DNA of 57,982 bases from Proteobacteria bacterium UBA3588 (GCA_002376325.1 DFMR01000139.1:1-57982); one strand, 5' to 3'. Positions 29,731-39,830 are shown, counted from the first letter of the stretch. Notes: generated by a model not told the origin, from the sequence alone. A program made the numbers and translations.

Positions 29731-30630
29731 ATGGCAACGCAAGGCTCACTCACATCGGACAGCAAACCGGCACTGGCACCCGTTGTCACCTTGGCGCGCA
29801 ACGTCGAGGCACCGGACACGTTGCGACTCACCGCCGCGCTGCAAACCACGTTGGAGATGGAACAGCTGCTGCAGATATTCTCCGATACCCTTCAGGAGCA
29901 GGTGCCCCATGCGGGGCTCACCTACCGCAACAACGAACGCCACTTCGTCATCAGTGTGGGTCAGAGCGGGCGTCATCACTGCAGTTACCGTCTGAATCTG
30001 TTGGGCTCCGAGTTGGGCGAAGTGGCGCTCAACAGGAGCAAGCGCTTCTCCGAACAGGAACTCGCCCACGTGGAGTTCTTCCTCTGCTCCCTGGTCTACC
30101 CGCTGCGCAACGCCCTGCTCTACCGCGAAGCGGTTACCGCCGCCCTGCGCGACCCCCTCACCGGTGTCGGCAATCGTGGCGCGCTGGAGGAACATTTGAT
30201 GCGGGAGGTATCCCTGGCGCAGCGCCACAAAGCGCCGCTGTCTCTCATCGCCATCGACCTCGATCACTTCAAACAGGTCAACGACCGGCACGGCCACTCC
30301 GTCGGCGACTGCGTGCTGCGCACCGTCGCGCGCCGCATGGTCGATGTGCTGCGCAGCACGGATCTGGCCTATCGTTACGGCGGCGAGGAGTTCGTCATTC
30401 TGCTGAACGGTACGCCGCTCGCAGGTGCGCAGATGGTCGCCGAGCGGATACGCGAAGCGGTTGCGTCCCTGCCATGCCAATGCGACGGCATTGAAATCCC
30501 GATTACCATCAGCCTCGGCGTCGCGTCACTGGCAGACGAGTCGGGCACGGCGCTATTCGATCGTGCCGACCGCGCGCTCTATAGCGCCAAGGAACAGGGC
30601 CGCAACCGGATTGAGATCGACCGCGTTTGA
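29731..30630 (+). CDS. Diguanylate cyclase (GGDEF) with N-terminal sensory/GAF-like region
   Basis: DPLTGVGNR, DLDHFKQVNDRHGH.VGD, I-site RSTD, active site RYGGEEF, ADRALYSAKEQGRN. Confidence 0.93.
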   Translation: MATQGSLTSDSKPALAPVVTLARNVEAPDTLRLTAALQTTLEMEQLLQIFSDTLQEQVPHAGLTYRNNERHFVISVGQSGRHHCSYRLNLLGSELGEVALNRSKRFSEQELAHVEFFLCSLVYPLRNALLYREAVTAALRDPLTGVGNRGALEEHLMREVSLAQRHKAPLSLIAIDLDHFKQVNDRHGHSVGDCVLRTVARRMVDVLRSTDLAYRYGGEEFVILLNGTPLAGAQMVAERIREAVASLPCQCDGIEIPITISLGVASLADESGTALFDRADRALYSAKEQGRNRIEIDRV

Positions 30631-30636
30631 ACTCGG

Positions 30637-31116
30637 TCAATAGTCGATTCGATCCTGCTTGTCCTGCCAGGCGGAAAACGTTCCCAGGGCCTCGTCCCGC
30701 AGCAGTGGTGTCAGCCCGATACTGCGTTGCGGCGCCGGCATGCAGAGTTGCTGATAGATGACTGCGTCGTCAAACCCGCTCGCCGCCGCATCGGTCGTGG
30801 TGGCGGCATAGAATACCCGTTCCAGATGCGCCCAGTAGGCGGCCGCCAGACACATCGGACACGGTTCGCAATTGACGTAAAGCTCACATCGTTCCAGACG
30901 AAAATCCCCGCTCGTACGACAGGCATCGCGCATCGCAACGATCTCCGCGTGGGCCGTCGGGTCGTTATCCAGAGTCACCCGGTTGTGACCACGCCCGATG
31001 ATGGTCCCGTCACGCACCACCACCGCGCCGAAGGGTCCGCCGCCGCCGGCCACCGACTGCTGCGCCAGCTCAATGGCCGCGCGCATGAATCCCTGACGCC
31101 GTTCCAGTTCCTCCAC
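30637..31116 (-). CDS. guaD: Cytidine-deaminase-fold nucleobase deaminase (guanine deaminase-like)
   Basis: GGPFGAVVV, DPTAHAE, CEPCPMCLAAAYWA, GFDD, C-terminal Y; GTG start overlaps the upstream TAG. Confidence 0.82.
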   Translation of the reverse strand: MEELERRQGFMRAAIELAQQSVAGGGGPFGAVVVRDGTIIGRGHNRVTLDNDPTAHAEIVAMRDACRTSGDFRLERCELYVNCEPCPMCLAAAYWAHLERVFYAATTTDAAASGFDDAVIYQQLCMPAPQRSIGLTPLLRDEALGTFSAWQDKQDRIDY

Positions 31117-31790
31117 TAGTCTCCCCTTGCCGTCCCGACCTCATGCCGCCCATGGGGGCAGTTCCGCAACAGACAACAGCCGCGGCACAGCGGCGTTTTG
31201 CGGCAGCGCACCTTGGCATGCATGACGATCAACGCGTGGTATTCATTGAACAACGCCACCTGCCGCCGCGTCGCGCCCAGTTGTTGTTCAAAAGCATGGC
31301 GCAACTTGTCGTAACTTTCCTCTCCGTGTGCCAAGCCGAGGCGAAGCAGCAGGCGACGGGTATAGGCGTCGATCACGAACACCGGCCGCTCGAACGCGTA
31401 CAGCAGCATATCGTCGGCAGTCTCGGGCCCGACGCCGTTCACCGCCAGCAGCCGCTGCCGCAAGGTCGAGGTGTTCAGCCGTTGCAGCGCATCGAACGCG
31501 CCTGCAGCGAGATACCAGCGGCAGAAATTCTGCAACCGCGCAGTCTTGACGTTGAAATAGCCGGCCGGCCGGATCCAGCCGGCCAGGACACCGGGAAGGG
31601 AAGCGGTGATGGCTTCGGGCGACAGGGCGTCGTTGGCGCGCAGGTGGTGGATCGCCTTCTCCACATTGCCCCACGCCGTATTCTGGGTAAGGATTGCGCC
31701 GACCATCACCTCAAACGGGGAGTCGCCCGGCCACCAGTGCTGCGGGCCGTAGCTGCGCAACAGCAGGTGAAATACCCGGCGCAGGGTCAT
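31116..31790 (-). CDS. HhH-GPD superfamily DNA glycosylase (endonuclease III-related) with C-terminal Cys cluster
   Basis: GPQHWWP...FEVMVGAILTQNTAW, HhH GVGPETAD, VIDAYTRR, CRKTPLCRGCCLLRNC. Confidence 0.88.
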   Translation of the reverse strand: MTLRRVFHLLLRSYGPQHWWPGDSPFEVMVGAILTQNTAWGNVEKAIHHLRANDALSPEAITASLPGVLAGWIRPAGYFNVKTARLQNFCRWYLAAGAFDALQRLNTSTLRQRLLAVNGVGPETADDMLLYAFERPVFVIDAYTRRLLLRLGLAHGEESYDKLRHAFEQQLGATRRQVALFNEYHALIVMHAKVRCRKTPLCRGCCLLRNCPHGRHEVGTARGD

Positions 31791-32617
31791 CGTGCCGGTC
31801 TGCGCGCCGTCCGTCCCGATTTGTTGCGTGGCGCGCCGCGACGCGGTGCGGTCGTAGCGGACACCGTTTGATGCACGGCGGGTGCCAGGCCAACCAGCTG
31901 CAACAAGGCCTGTAGGGCGTCACCTTCCAGTTCCTGCCAATGCGCCGGTCGCAACCGGCGCGGCAACGGGATCGGTCCGTAGCGTACGCGGATCAGGCGG
32001 CTGACCGTCACCCCCACGTGTTCCCACAGACGCCGGACTTCGCGATTGCGTCCCTCGTGCAGCGTGACGTGATACCAGTGGTTCACGCCCTCGCCGCCGG
32101 CGTCGACCAGGCTGTCGAAACGGGCAGGACCGTCATCCAGCTCGACGCCTTCGCGCAACCGTTTGAGCACGTCGGGGCTTACCTCGCCGAACACTCGCAC
32201 GGCATATTCACGCTCGACGGTGCTGGAGGGGTGCATCAGCCGGTTGGCCAGCTCGCCGTCCGTGGTCAGCAGTAACAGTCCGCTGGTGTTGTAGTCGAGA
32301 CGCCCCACCGCGACCCATCGGCCGTGGTGGAGCGTCGGCAGGGATTCGTAGATCGTGGGGCGCTTCTCCGGATCCAGCCGGGTCGATACCTGGCCGACCG
32401 GCTTGTGATAAACAATGACCCGCCGTTGCGGCCCTTGCAGCGCGGCTTGGCCGATAATGCGGCCATCGACCCGCACCACCTCCTGCTCACTCACGCGGTC
32501 GCCCAGCTGCGCGACCTTGCCGTTGACCGAGACGCGGCCGTCGCGAATCCACTGCTCCAACTGGCGGCGCGAGCCAAGGCCCGCGCGGGCCAGCACCTTC
32601 TGTAGTTTTTCGCTCAT
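31787..32617 (-). CDS. rluB: 23S rRNA pseudouridine synthase B
   Basis: S4 domain EKLQKVLARAGLGSRR, GRLDYNTSGLLL, EGRNREVRRLW, VSRLIRVRYG; follows scpB. Confidence 0.93.
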   Translation of the reverse strand: MSEKLQKVLARAGLGSRRQLEQWIRDGRVSVNGKVAQLGDRVSEQEVVRVDGRIIGQAALQGPQRRVIVYHKPVGQVSTRLDPEKRPTIYESLPTLHHGRWVAVGRLDYNTSGLLLLTTDGELANRLMHPSSTVEREYAVRVFGEVSPDVLKRLREGVELDDGPARFDSLVDAGGEGVNHWYHVTLHEGRNREVRRLWEHVGVTVSRLIRVRYGPIPLPRRLRPAHWQELEGDALQALLQLVGLAPAVHQTVSATTAPRRGAPRNKSGRTARRPAR

Positions 32618-33261
32618 TCGGCTGGCTCGAATGCGGGATCGTAACGGGGTTCGTCCGGTACGCCGCCGTCATCTCCCGGACGCGACGCACCCTCCGCACC
32701 GGGGTCGCGCAGATCGAGTTCTTCATTGAACTTGTCGATATCCATCAACTCCGCCAACGGTGGCAATTGGTCCAGACTCTTGAGGTTGAAGTAGTCGAGA
32801 AACTGGCGTGTGGTCGCATATATGGCCGGACGGCCCGGCACGTCGCGATGCCCCACGACGCGGATCCAGTTGCGCTCCTGCAGCGTCTTGACGATATTGC
32901 TGCTCACGGCGACGCCGCGGATATCCTCGATCTCCCCACGGGTGATAGGCTGGCGGTAAGCGACCAGCGCCAAGGTCTCCAGGGTGGCGCGGGAATAACG
33001 CGGCGGCTTCTCCTCCCACAGCCGCGAGACCCACTGCGACACCTCGTGCCGCGCCTGGAAACGATAGCCGCTGGCCACCTCTTTCAGCTCGACGCCCCGC
33101 TCTTGGTACTCCTGCTGGAGTTGCACCAGCGTCTGCTGCAAGGTGTCCTTGGCCGGTTGCTCACCCTCCTCGAACAGCAACTGCAACCGCTCGACGTTCA
33201 ACGGTTCGCTCGCCGCAAAAAGGGCCGCCTCGACAATATTCCTCAATTCTTCAGGGGTCAT
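32614..33261 (-). CDS. scpB: SMC-ScpAB condensin subunit ScpB
   Basis: VEAALFAA, SRATLETLALVAYRQPITRGEIEDIRGV, GRPAIYATTRQFLDYFNL. Confidence 0.96.
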   Translation of the reverse strand: MTPEELRNIVEAALFAASEPLNVERLQLLFEEGEQPAKDTLQQTLVQLQQEYQERGVELKEVASGYRFQARHEVSQWVSRLWEEKPPRYSRATLETLALVAYRQPITRGEIEDIRGVAVSSNIVKTLQERNWIRVVGHRDVPGRPAIYATTRQFLDYFNLKSLDQLPPLAELMDIDKFNEELDLRDPGAEGASRPGDDGGVPDEPRYDPAFEPAE

Positions 33262-33302
33262 GTGCCTGCGCCTGTATTCGATAGCGTTGTCGGGCCGGGG
33301 CG

Positions 33303-34139
33303 TCAGGCCGTGCCGGCCGCCACGGCCTTTACGTGAATCGGCCCAAATGGATCGGTTTGAATCAATTCAATCAGGGACTGCTTGATCAGCTCCAGGATCG
33401 CCAGCAGCGTCACCACGGCGCCGCGCTTTCCCTCCTCCACCCGGAACAGGGAAGTGAAGTCCGAAAAGCTGTCGGAATGCAATTTCGACAACACCTGAGA
33501 CATACGCTCGCGCACCGACAGCGGCTCGCGCGTCACCTGATGGTGGGCAAACCGCTCGCTGCGCCGGATCACCTCGGCAACCGCCAGCAGCAACTCCTTC
33601 AGTTCGACCTCCGGATGGGGGCGCAACACCTGACGGTGCGGCACATCCACCGCCGCAGGGAAGATATCCCGGTCGACGCGCGGCAGCGTCTCGATATCCT
33701 CTGCCGCCTTTTTGTAGCGTTCGTACTCCTGCAGGCGCCGCACCAGTTCGGCACGCGGATCCTCTTCGTCTTCCTCGACACCGGCGGGCCGCGGCAGCAA
33801 CATGCGCGACTTGATCTCGGCCAGCATGGCGGCCATCACCAGATACTCCGCCGCCAGCTCCAGATTGACCGTCTTCATCAGTTCCACGTACTCCATGTAC
33901 TGATGCGTAATCTCGGCAATCGGTATGTCGAGGACCTCCAGATTCTGCCGGCGGATCAGGTAGAGCAGCAGGTCGAGCGGCCCCTCGAACGCCTCGAGGA
34001 ACACCTCCAGCGCCTGCGGCGGGATGTAGAGGTCCTTCGGCAGCTCCATCAGCGGCGCCCCCTGCACGATGGCGAAAGGCATCTCCTGCTGCTGCGGATT
34101 GTCGACCTTTACCGCTTCCGGCACCGGCTGTTCCGTCAC
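33303..34139 (-). CDS. scpA: SMC-ScpAB condensin kleisin ScpA
   Basis: FEGPLDLLLYLIR, EYLVMAAMLAEIKSRMLLP, DPRAELVRRLQEY, LAILEL.K. Confidence 0.96.
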   Translation of the reverse strand: MTEQPVPEAVKVDNPQQQEMPFAIVQGAPLMELPKDLYIPPQALEVFLEAFEGPLDLLLYLIRRQNLEVLDIPIAEITHQYMEYVELMKTVNLELAAEYLVMAAMLAEIKSRMLLPRPAGVEEDEEDPRAELVRRLQEYERYKKAAEDIETLPRVDRDIFPAAVDVPHRQVLRPHPEVELKELLLAVAEVIRRSERFAHHQVTREPLSVRERMSQVLSKLHSDSFSDFTSLFRVEEGKRGAVVTLLAILELIKQSLIELIQTDPFGPIHVKAVAAGTA

Positions 34140-34150
34140 TGGTATATTCC

Positions 34151-35368
34151 TTAACGGTAATTGAGGCCCATGGCCTGGCGTACCTCATCCAGGGTCGCAC
34201 GGGCCACGGCACGGGCAGCCTCACTGCCTTCGGCAATGATGTTGCGCACCCGGTTGGGATCGCCACTGTATTCCGCAATGCGCTCCTGGATCGGGCGCAG
34301 TTCGTTGAGCACCGCATCCACCACCGGCTGCTTGCAATCGAGGCAACCGATGCCGGCGCTGACGCAGCCCTCTTGCACCCAGGCCTTGATGTCGTCATCC
34401 GAATACACTTGATGTAGCTGCCATACCGGGCATTTTTCCGGCGTGCCCGGGTCGCTGCGGCGTACCCGTGCCGGGTCGGTGGGCATGGTGCGCAGTTTCT
34501 GTTCCACCGCCTGCGGCTCGTCGCGCAGGGCGATGGTATTGCCGTAGGATTTGGACATCTTCTGGCCGTCCAGCCCCGGCATCCGGGAGGCGGGCGTCAG
34601 CAGCGCCTGCGGCTCCGGCAGGATGGTGCGGCCGGAACCGTCCAGGTAACCAAACAGCCGTTCGCGGTCGGCCAGGGTGATGTTCTGCTGCGACTCCAGC
34701 AGCGCCCGCGCCGTCTCCAGCGCTTCATGATCGCCCTGCTCCTGATAGCGCCGCCGCAAGTCGCTATAGAGTTTGGCGTTCTTCTTGCCCATCTTCTTGG
34801 CCGCAGACTCCGCCTTGCCCTCGAAATCAGCTTCGCGGCCGTAGATAAAGTTGAAGCGACGCGCGATTTCGCGGGTGATCTCGACGTGGGCCACCTGATC
34901 CTCGCCCACCGGCACCAACCCGGCGCGATAGATCAATATGTCGGCACTCTGCAGCAACGGGTAGCCGAGAAAACCGTAGGTCGCCAGATCCTTCTCCTTC
35001 AGCTTCTCTTGCTGATCCTTGTAGGTCGGCACCCGTTCCAGCCAGCCCAGGGGCGTGATCATCGACAGCAGCAGATGCAGTTCCGCGTGCTCCGGTACCC
35101 GCGACTGGATGAATATCTTGGCCGAGCCGGGATTGACGCCCGCAGCCAGCCAGTCGATCACCATGTCCCATACGCTGGCACCGATACCGCGGGTGTCGTC
35201 GTACGACGTGGTCAGGGCGTGCCAATCTGCGGCGAAGAAGAAGCACTCATATTCGTGCTGCAGCTTGACCCAGTTCCTGAGCACCCCATGATAGTGCCCC
35301 AGGTGGAGGCGGCCGGTGGGACGCATACCGGACAGCACCCGCGAATGCGATGTGGCAACGGAATTCAA
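34151..35368 (-). CDS. trpS: Tryptophan--tRNA ligase
   Basis: SGMRPTGRLHLGHY (HIGH), YPLLQSADI, VPVGEDQ, KMSKS. TTG start inferred from AAGGAG 6 nt upstream. Confidence 0.96.
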   Translation of the reverse strand: MNSVATSHSRVLSGMRPTGRLHLGHYHGVLRNWVKLQHEYECFFFAADWHALTTSYDDTRGIGASVWDMVIDWLAAGVNPGSAKIFIQSRVPEHAELHLLLSMITPLGWLERVPTYKDQQEKLKEKDLATYGFLGYPLLQSADILIYRAGLVPVGEDQVAHVEITREIARRFNFIYGREADFEGKAESAAKKMGKKNAKLYSDLRRRYQEQGDHEALETARALLESQQNITLADRERLFGYLDGSGRTILPEPQALLTPASRMPGLDGQKMSKSYGNTIALRDEPQAVEQKLRTMPTDPARVRRSDPGTPEKCPVWQLHQVYSDDDIKAWVQEGCVSAGIGCLDCKQPVVDAVLNELRPIQERIAEYSGDPNRVRNIIAEGSEAARAVARATLDEVRQAMGLNYR

Positions 35369-35417
35369 ACGCAACTCCTTGTATATAAGCGTTTATCTAT
35401 CAGATCGTTGTATGCGT

Positions 35418-36092
35418 TCAGCGAATACCGGCGATAGTCGCGAACAGCTGTAGAAAGTACATGACCGGCGGCCCGGCAATCAGATTCCACAGGGGGGTCA
35501 CCAGCAGCGCCAGGACGATGATGATGCCGTAAGGCTCAATCCGGCTCAACTGCCAGGACCAGGGGCCGGGCAACAGCGCCACGGCGATACGCCCGCCATC
35601 CAGGGGCGGCACCGGCAGCAGATTCAGCACCGCCAAAATGACATTAATCTGCACCCCCGCCCAGCCCATGTAGGCCAGGAACATCGCCGCCGAATGAGGC
35701 AGCGCCCCCGACCCCACCCCGGCCCGCATCACCAGCGCCCAGAACAGCGCCATCAGCAGATTGGAGAGCGGCCCGGCAGCGGCCACGAAGGCCATGTCCC
35801 GCTTCGGGTTGCGCAGGTTCTCGAAGGTCACGGGTACCGGCTTGGCCCAACCAAACAACATCGGCGAGGTGCCCGACAGGCTGGACAGCAGCAGCAGAAA
35901 CAGCGGTACCGCCACGGTACCGATGGGGTCGACGTGGCGAATCGGATTGACGCTGAGACGCCCCAGCATCATCGCGGTCGGGTCACCGAACAGCCGCGCC
36001 ACCCAGCCATGGGCCACTTCGTGCAAGGTGATGGCAAACAGGACCGGAACGATCCAGACCGCTATCGTTTGGGGAAGGCTAAGGTCACTCAT
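35418..36092 (-). CDS. Site-2 protease family (M50) membrane metalloprotease
   Basis: HEVAH, GWAKPVPV, AAAGPLSN, NLLPVPPLDG. Confidence 0.92.
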   Translation of the reverse strand: MSDLSLPQTIAVWIVPVLFAITLHEVAHGWVARLFGDPTAMMLGRLSVNPIRHVDPIGTVAVPLFLLLLSSLSGTSPMLFGWAKPVPVTFENLRNPKRDMAFVAAAGPLSNLLMALFWALVMRAGVGSGALPHSAAMFLAYMGWAGVQINVILAVLNLLPVPPLDGGRIAVALLPGPWSWQLSRIEPYGIIIVLALLVTPLWNLIAGPPVMYFLQLFATIAGIR

Positions 36093-36127
36093 GGTGCGAT
36101 TATATCCCGAAGTATGACGCGGCTTCG

Positions 36128-36751
36128 CTACTGTTCGAGGCCGGAGGTATCGCCCTTGCCCTGGCGCACCACCACGGGTGTACCGTCGACCAAGTCGATC
36201 ACGGTGGTCGGTTCCAGATCACCATAGCCGCCGTCGATAATCAGGTCGACCTGGCGCTCCAGCAACTGACGGATTTCGTACGGATCGCTCTGCGGCAACT
36301 CGTCGCCGGGGAGCATCAGCGTCGTGCTCATCAGCGGCTCGCCCAGATCCTGCAACAGCGCCTGGATCACGGCGTTGTCCGGAATGCGCAGCCCGATCGT
36401 CTTGCGCTTGGGGTGTTGCAGCCGCCGCGGCACCTCGCGGGTCGCCGGCAGGATGAACGTGTATGGTCCCGGCGTCAGCTTCTTCATCAAACGGTAGGAG
36501 GTGTTATCCACCTTGGCGTAAGTGGCGAGGTCGGACAGATCGCGGCACACCAGCGTGAAATTGTGGCGCTCGTCCAAGCGCCTGATCTGCCGAATCCGCT
36601 CCAGCGCATCCTTGTCGCCGATGGTGCAGCCCAGGGCATAGCCGGAATCGGTCGGATAGACCGCCACCGCACCGCCGCGCAGCAACTCCGCCGCCTGGCG
36701 GATCAAGCGCGCCTGCGGGGTTTCCGCATGGATTTGAAAGAATTGACTCAT
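36128..36751 (-). CDS. yciO: YrdC/Sua5 family protein YciO
   Basis: MSQFFQIH, YPTDSGYALGC, HNFTLVC, PGPYTFIL, KRKTIGLRIP; follows the PHP gene. Confidence 0.9.
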   Translation of the reverse strand: MSQFFQIHAETPQARLIRQAAELLRGGAVAVYPTDSGYALGCTIGDKDALERIRQIRRLDERHNFTLVCRDLSDLATYAKVDNTSYRLMKKLTPGPYTFILPATREVPRRLQHPKRKTIGLRIPDNAVIQALLQDLGEPLMSTTLMLPGDELPQSDPYEIRQLLERQVDLIIDGGYGDLEPTTVIDLVDGTPVVVRQGKGDTSGLEQ

Positions 36752-36791
36752 GCCGGTGAATATCGGGACGAACAGGGCATAGCTAAAGGCT

Positions 36792-37652
36792 TCATGCGAC
36801 CCCCCGGTTGCGGGCGGCGTCGGCCTCCCACAGCGACCAGACCGGGGTCAGCACCTCCGGCAGCGCGGGCAACCGTCCCAATTCCAGCCACGGGTTTTCC
36901 GGTCCGTGATAATCGGAACCGGCCGAGGCCAGCAGGTCGAATTTCAGGGCATGGCTCGTCATGGCGTCGACGTCCTGTCGGCTGTGGCTGCCCGACACCA
37001 CCTCGAGCCCGGCACCGCCGCATTCGGCGAATTCGCCCAGCAGGCGCCGCAATTTGCCGGCCGTCAGATTATAACGCGCCGGGTGAGCCACCACCGCCAC
37101 ACCGCCGGCTTCGCGGATCCAGCCCACCGCCTCTTCCAGTCCCGCCCATCGGCCCGGCACATAACCCGGCTTGTTGTGGGTGAGATAGTGTTTGAAGATA
37201 TCCCGTACGTCCTTGCCGCAGTGGCGGCTGACCAGGTAATGGGCAAAATGGGTGCGGCTGATGATCCGCCCCCGCGCCAGCGCCTGCGCCCCCTCATAGG
37301 CACCGTCAATGCCGCGCGCCGCCAGACGCCGCCCGATCTCTTCGGCACGCCATTGGCGGAAACTGCGCAGGCGCTCCAGCCCGGCCGCCAGCGCGGGGGC
37401 AGACGGGTCCAGTTGCAGCCCCACCACATGAATGGTCGTCGCTTGCCAGGTCACGGAGAGTTCCACCCCCGGGACCACGGCAATCCCAACCTGTGGCGCG
37501 GTTCGCAGCGCTTCCTCGCAACCGTCGGTATCGTCATGGTCGGTCAACGCCAGCACGTCGACGCCGGCCGCAGCCGCCCGCCGCACCAAATCGGCCGGAC
37601 TGAGCGTGCCGTCGGAAACCCAACTGTGGCTGTGGAGGTCATAGCAAGACAT
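36792..37652 (-). CDS. yciV: PHP-domain phosphoesterase (YciV/TrpH/RNase AM family)
   Basis: DLHSHSWVSDG, LTDHD, GVELS, VAHP, GSDYHG. Confidence 0.88.
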   Translation of the reverse strand: MSCYDLHSHSWVSDGTLSPADLVRRAAAAGVDVLALTDHDDTDGCEEALRTAPQVGIAVVPGVELSVTWQATTIHVVGLQLDPSAPALAAGLERLRSFRQWRAEEIGRRLAARGIDGAYEGAQALARGRIISRTHFAHYLVSRHCGKDVRDIFKHYLTHNKPGYVPGRWAGLEEAVGWIREAGGVAVVAHPARYNLTAGKLRRLLGEFAECGGAGLEVVSGSHSRQDVDAMTSHALKFDLLASAGSDYHGPENPWLELGRLPALPEVLTPVWSLWEADAARNRGVA

Positions 37653-37769
37653 AGGGGTCGCATTCTAGCGCATTCCGGCTGTGATATGGGGCTGTTCGTG
37701 TGCGCCCCCGGACCTGTGTTAAAGTGGCCCGCCAAGAGGCAATCCGGTTATAAACGGTAAAGATTTCGC

Positions 37770-38321
37770 ATGAAATTCCTATTCGATCTGTTCCCAATCC
37801 TGCTGTTCTTCGTCGCCTACAAGTTCGCGGGCATCTACGTCGCCACTGCGGTCGCCATCGCCGCCTCGGTGGTGCAGGTGCTGTGGTTCTGGTGGCGCCA
37901 CCGCCGGGTGGAAATGATGCACATGGTGACGCTGGTGCTGATCGTCGTGCTGGGCGGTGCCACCCTATGGCTGCACGACGAAATGTTCATCAAATGGAAA
38001 CCCACCATCGTCTACTGGCTGTTCGGGATCATGTTCCTGGCCAGCCATTATGTCGGCAACAAACCGCTCACGGCCCGCATGATGGGGACGGCACTTACCC
38101 TGCCGGAACATATCTGGAAACGGTTGAACATGGGCTGGGCGCTGTTTTTCGTCGCCCTCGGCGCGGTCAACCTCTACGTGGTGTACCACTTCGACACCAA
38201 CACCTGGGTCAACTTCAAGCTGTTCGGGCTGATGGGGCTGATGCTCCTGTTCATCATCGTCCAGGCGATCTATCTCTCACGCCACCTGAAAGATCAGCAA
38301 CCGGAGAAGGAAAACCCATGA
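37770..38321 (+). CDS. yciB: Inner membrane protein YciB (septation protein A / IspZ)
   Basis: [33 protein letters not shown]. Confidence 0.94.
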   Translation: MKFLFDLFPILLFFVAYKFAGIYVATAVAIAASVVQVLWFWWRHRRVEMMHMVTLVLIVVLGGATLWLHDEMFIKWKPTIVYWLFGIMFLASHYVGNKPLTARMMGTALTLPEHIWKRLNMGWALFFVALGAVNLYVVYHFDTNTWVNFKLFGLMGLMLLFIIVQAIYLSRHLKDQQPEKENP

Positions 38322-38620
38322 TGTACTATGTCATCATCGGCCAGGATGTCCCCGACAGCCTGGGACTACGCCGGCAGGCGCGTCCGGCGCATCTGCAACG
38401 GCTGAGCCAGCTGAAAGACGAAGGGCGGCTACTGCTGGCCGGCCCCTTCCCCGCCATCGACAGCGCCGATCCGGGAACCGCCGGCTTCAGCGGCAGTCTA
38501 ATTGTCGCCGACTTTCCGTCACTGGAAGCGGCGCAGGCGTGGGCCGATGCCGATCCCTACGCCGCCGCAGGCGTCTATGCGCAGCTGACGGTAAAACCCT
38601 TCAGGAAGGTGCTGCCATGA
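38318..38620 (+). CDS. yciI: YciI family protein
   Basis: [35 protein letters not shown]. Confidence 0.93.
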   Translation: MMYYVIIGQDVPDSLGLRRQARPAHLQRLSQLKDEGRLLLAGPFPAIDSADPGTAGFSGSLIVADFPSLEAAQAWADADPYAAAGVYAQLTVKPFRKVLP

Positions 38621-38892
38621 TCGATCGCATAAGCGCCATCCGTGATCGGCTCACCGCGGCGCTCGCGCCGCAGCAACTGGAGATCGTCGACGACAGTCAT
38701 AAACACGCCGGTCACGCGGGCGCGCGCGGCGGCGGCCATTTTAGCGTCACTATCGTCGCCGCCGTCTTCAACGGCAAGGGACTGGTAGAACGCCATCGCA
38801 TGATATACGCTGCGCTCAACGACCTGATGCAGCAAAACGAAGTGCATGCACTCAGCATTCAGGCACGAACCCCCGAAGAAACCACAACGTGA
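38617..38892 (+). CDS. bolA: BolA family protein
   Basis: [32 protein letters not shown]. Confidence 0.92.
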   Translation: MIDRISAIRDRLTAALAPQQLEIVDDSHKHAGHAGARGGGHFSVTIVAAVFNGKGLVERHRMIYAALNDLMQQNEVHALSIQARTPEETTT

Positions 38893-38909
38893 GGAATAAA
38901 GGATCTGAT

Positions 38910-39767
38910 ATGAAAATGTCACGGAAACTGCTCGCTGTTCCCATGATTTGCTTATCGCTCGGCCTAGGTACCGCCTGGGCCGCGGGTGACGGCGTTATGG
39001 CGCTCGGCAACGGCCCTCTGGCCTCAGGCGCTACGACCGACCCCAACACCATCGTCGCAACCGTCAATGGTAACGCGATTCACAACAGCGACATCGACGA
39101 CTACATTCGCGACTTCCATCTCAATCCGCAGCAGGCGGCCAATCGCGGCGCCATCCTGAACGACATCATTTCGCGCGACCTGGTGCGTGCCGACGCCATG
39201 AAAAAGGGTTTGAACAAGCGCCCCGACGTGGTCGCCGAAATGAAGATGGCAGGCGACGCGGTGCTGCTCAACGCTGCGGTACGGGACGCCGTGATGTCGA
39301 ACCCGGTGACCGAAGCGCAGATCAAGCAGGAATACCAAAAGCAGTTGCCGAACCTGCAGCCGACCGAATATAAGGCGCGCCATATCCTGGTGAAGAGCGA
39401 GGCCGAAGCCAAGGCCATCATCAAGCAGCTGGAAAAAGGCGCCGATTTCGCCAAGCTGGCGAAAGAGAAATCCTCGGATGCCTCCGCCAAGAAGGGCGGC
39501 GAACTGGGCTGGTTTATCGGCAAGCAGATGGTGCCGGCATTCACCGCGGCGGTCGCCCAATTGAAGAAAGGCCAGTTCACCCGGACCCCGGTGCACACTC
39601 CCTACGGCTGGCACATCATCAAGCTGGAAGATACCCGCACCGCCAAGGCCCCCGACCTGAAGCAGATCGAACCCGAGATGCGTCAGTATCTGGAGCGCCA
39701 ACATGTGGCGGACTATCTGAAGCAGCTGCGCGCCGGCGCCAAGATCACTATCGGGTCGCAACAGTAA
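38910..39767 (+). CDS. Periplasmic parvulin-type (PpiC) peptidyl-prolyl isomerase
   Basis: Signal peptide ending TAWA, ATVNG, YKARHILV, FAKLAKEKS.D, GGELGW, YGWHIIKLED. Confidence 0.92.
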   Translation: MKMSRKLLAVPMICLSLGLGTAWAAGDGVMALGNGPLASGATTDPNTIVATVNGNAIHNSDIDDYIRDFHLNPQQAANRGAILNDIISRDLVRADAMKKGLNKRPDVVAEMKMAGDAVLLNAAVRDAVMSNPVTEAQIKQEYQKQLPNLQPTEYKARHILVKSEAEAKAIIKQLEKGADFAKLAKEKSSDASAKKGGELGWFIGKQMVPAFTAAVAQLKKGQFTRTPVHTPYGWHIIKLEDTRTAKAPDLKQIEPEMRQYLERQHVADYLKQLRAGAKITIGSQQ

Positions 39768-39806
39768 GCAACAGACGTCGGCCTCCTACGGCCGGCAATG
39801 GAGCCT

Positions 39807-39830
39807 CGGCCCTCCCTCCAGAGGGCCGGG
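39807..39830. terminator. Hairpin between the convergent parvulin and rfbD genes
   Basis: CGGCCCTC-CCTCCA-GAGGGCCG followed by GGATTT. Confidence 0.45.

Noticed and set aside
34625-34840. ~70-aa helical insertion in TrpS
   Set aside because: No intein motifs; ~400-aa TrpRS with this insertion is a familiar beta/gammaproteobacterial form.
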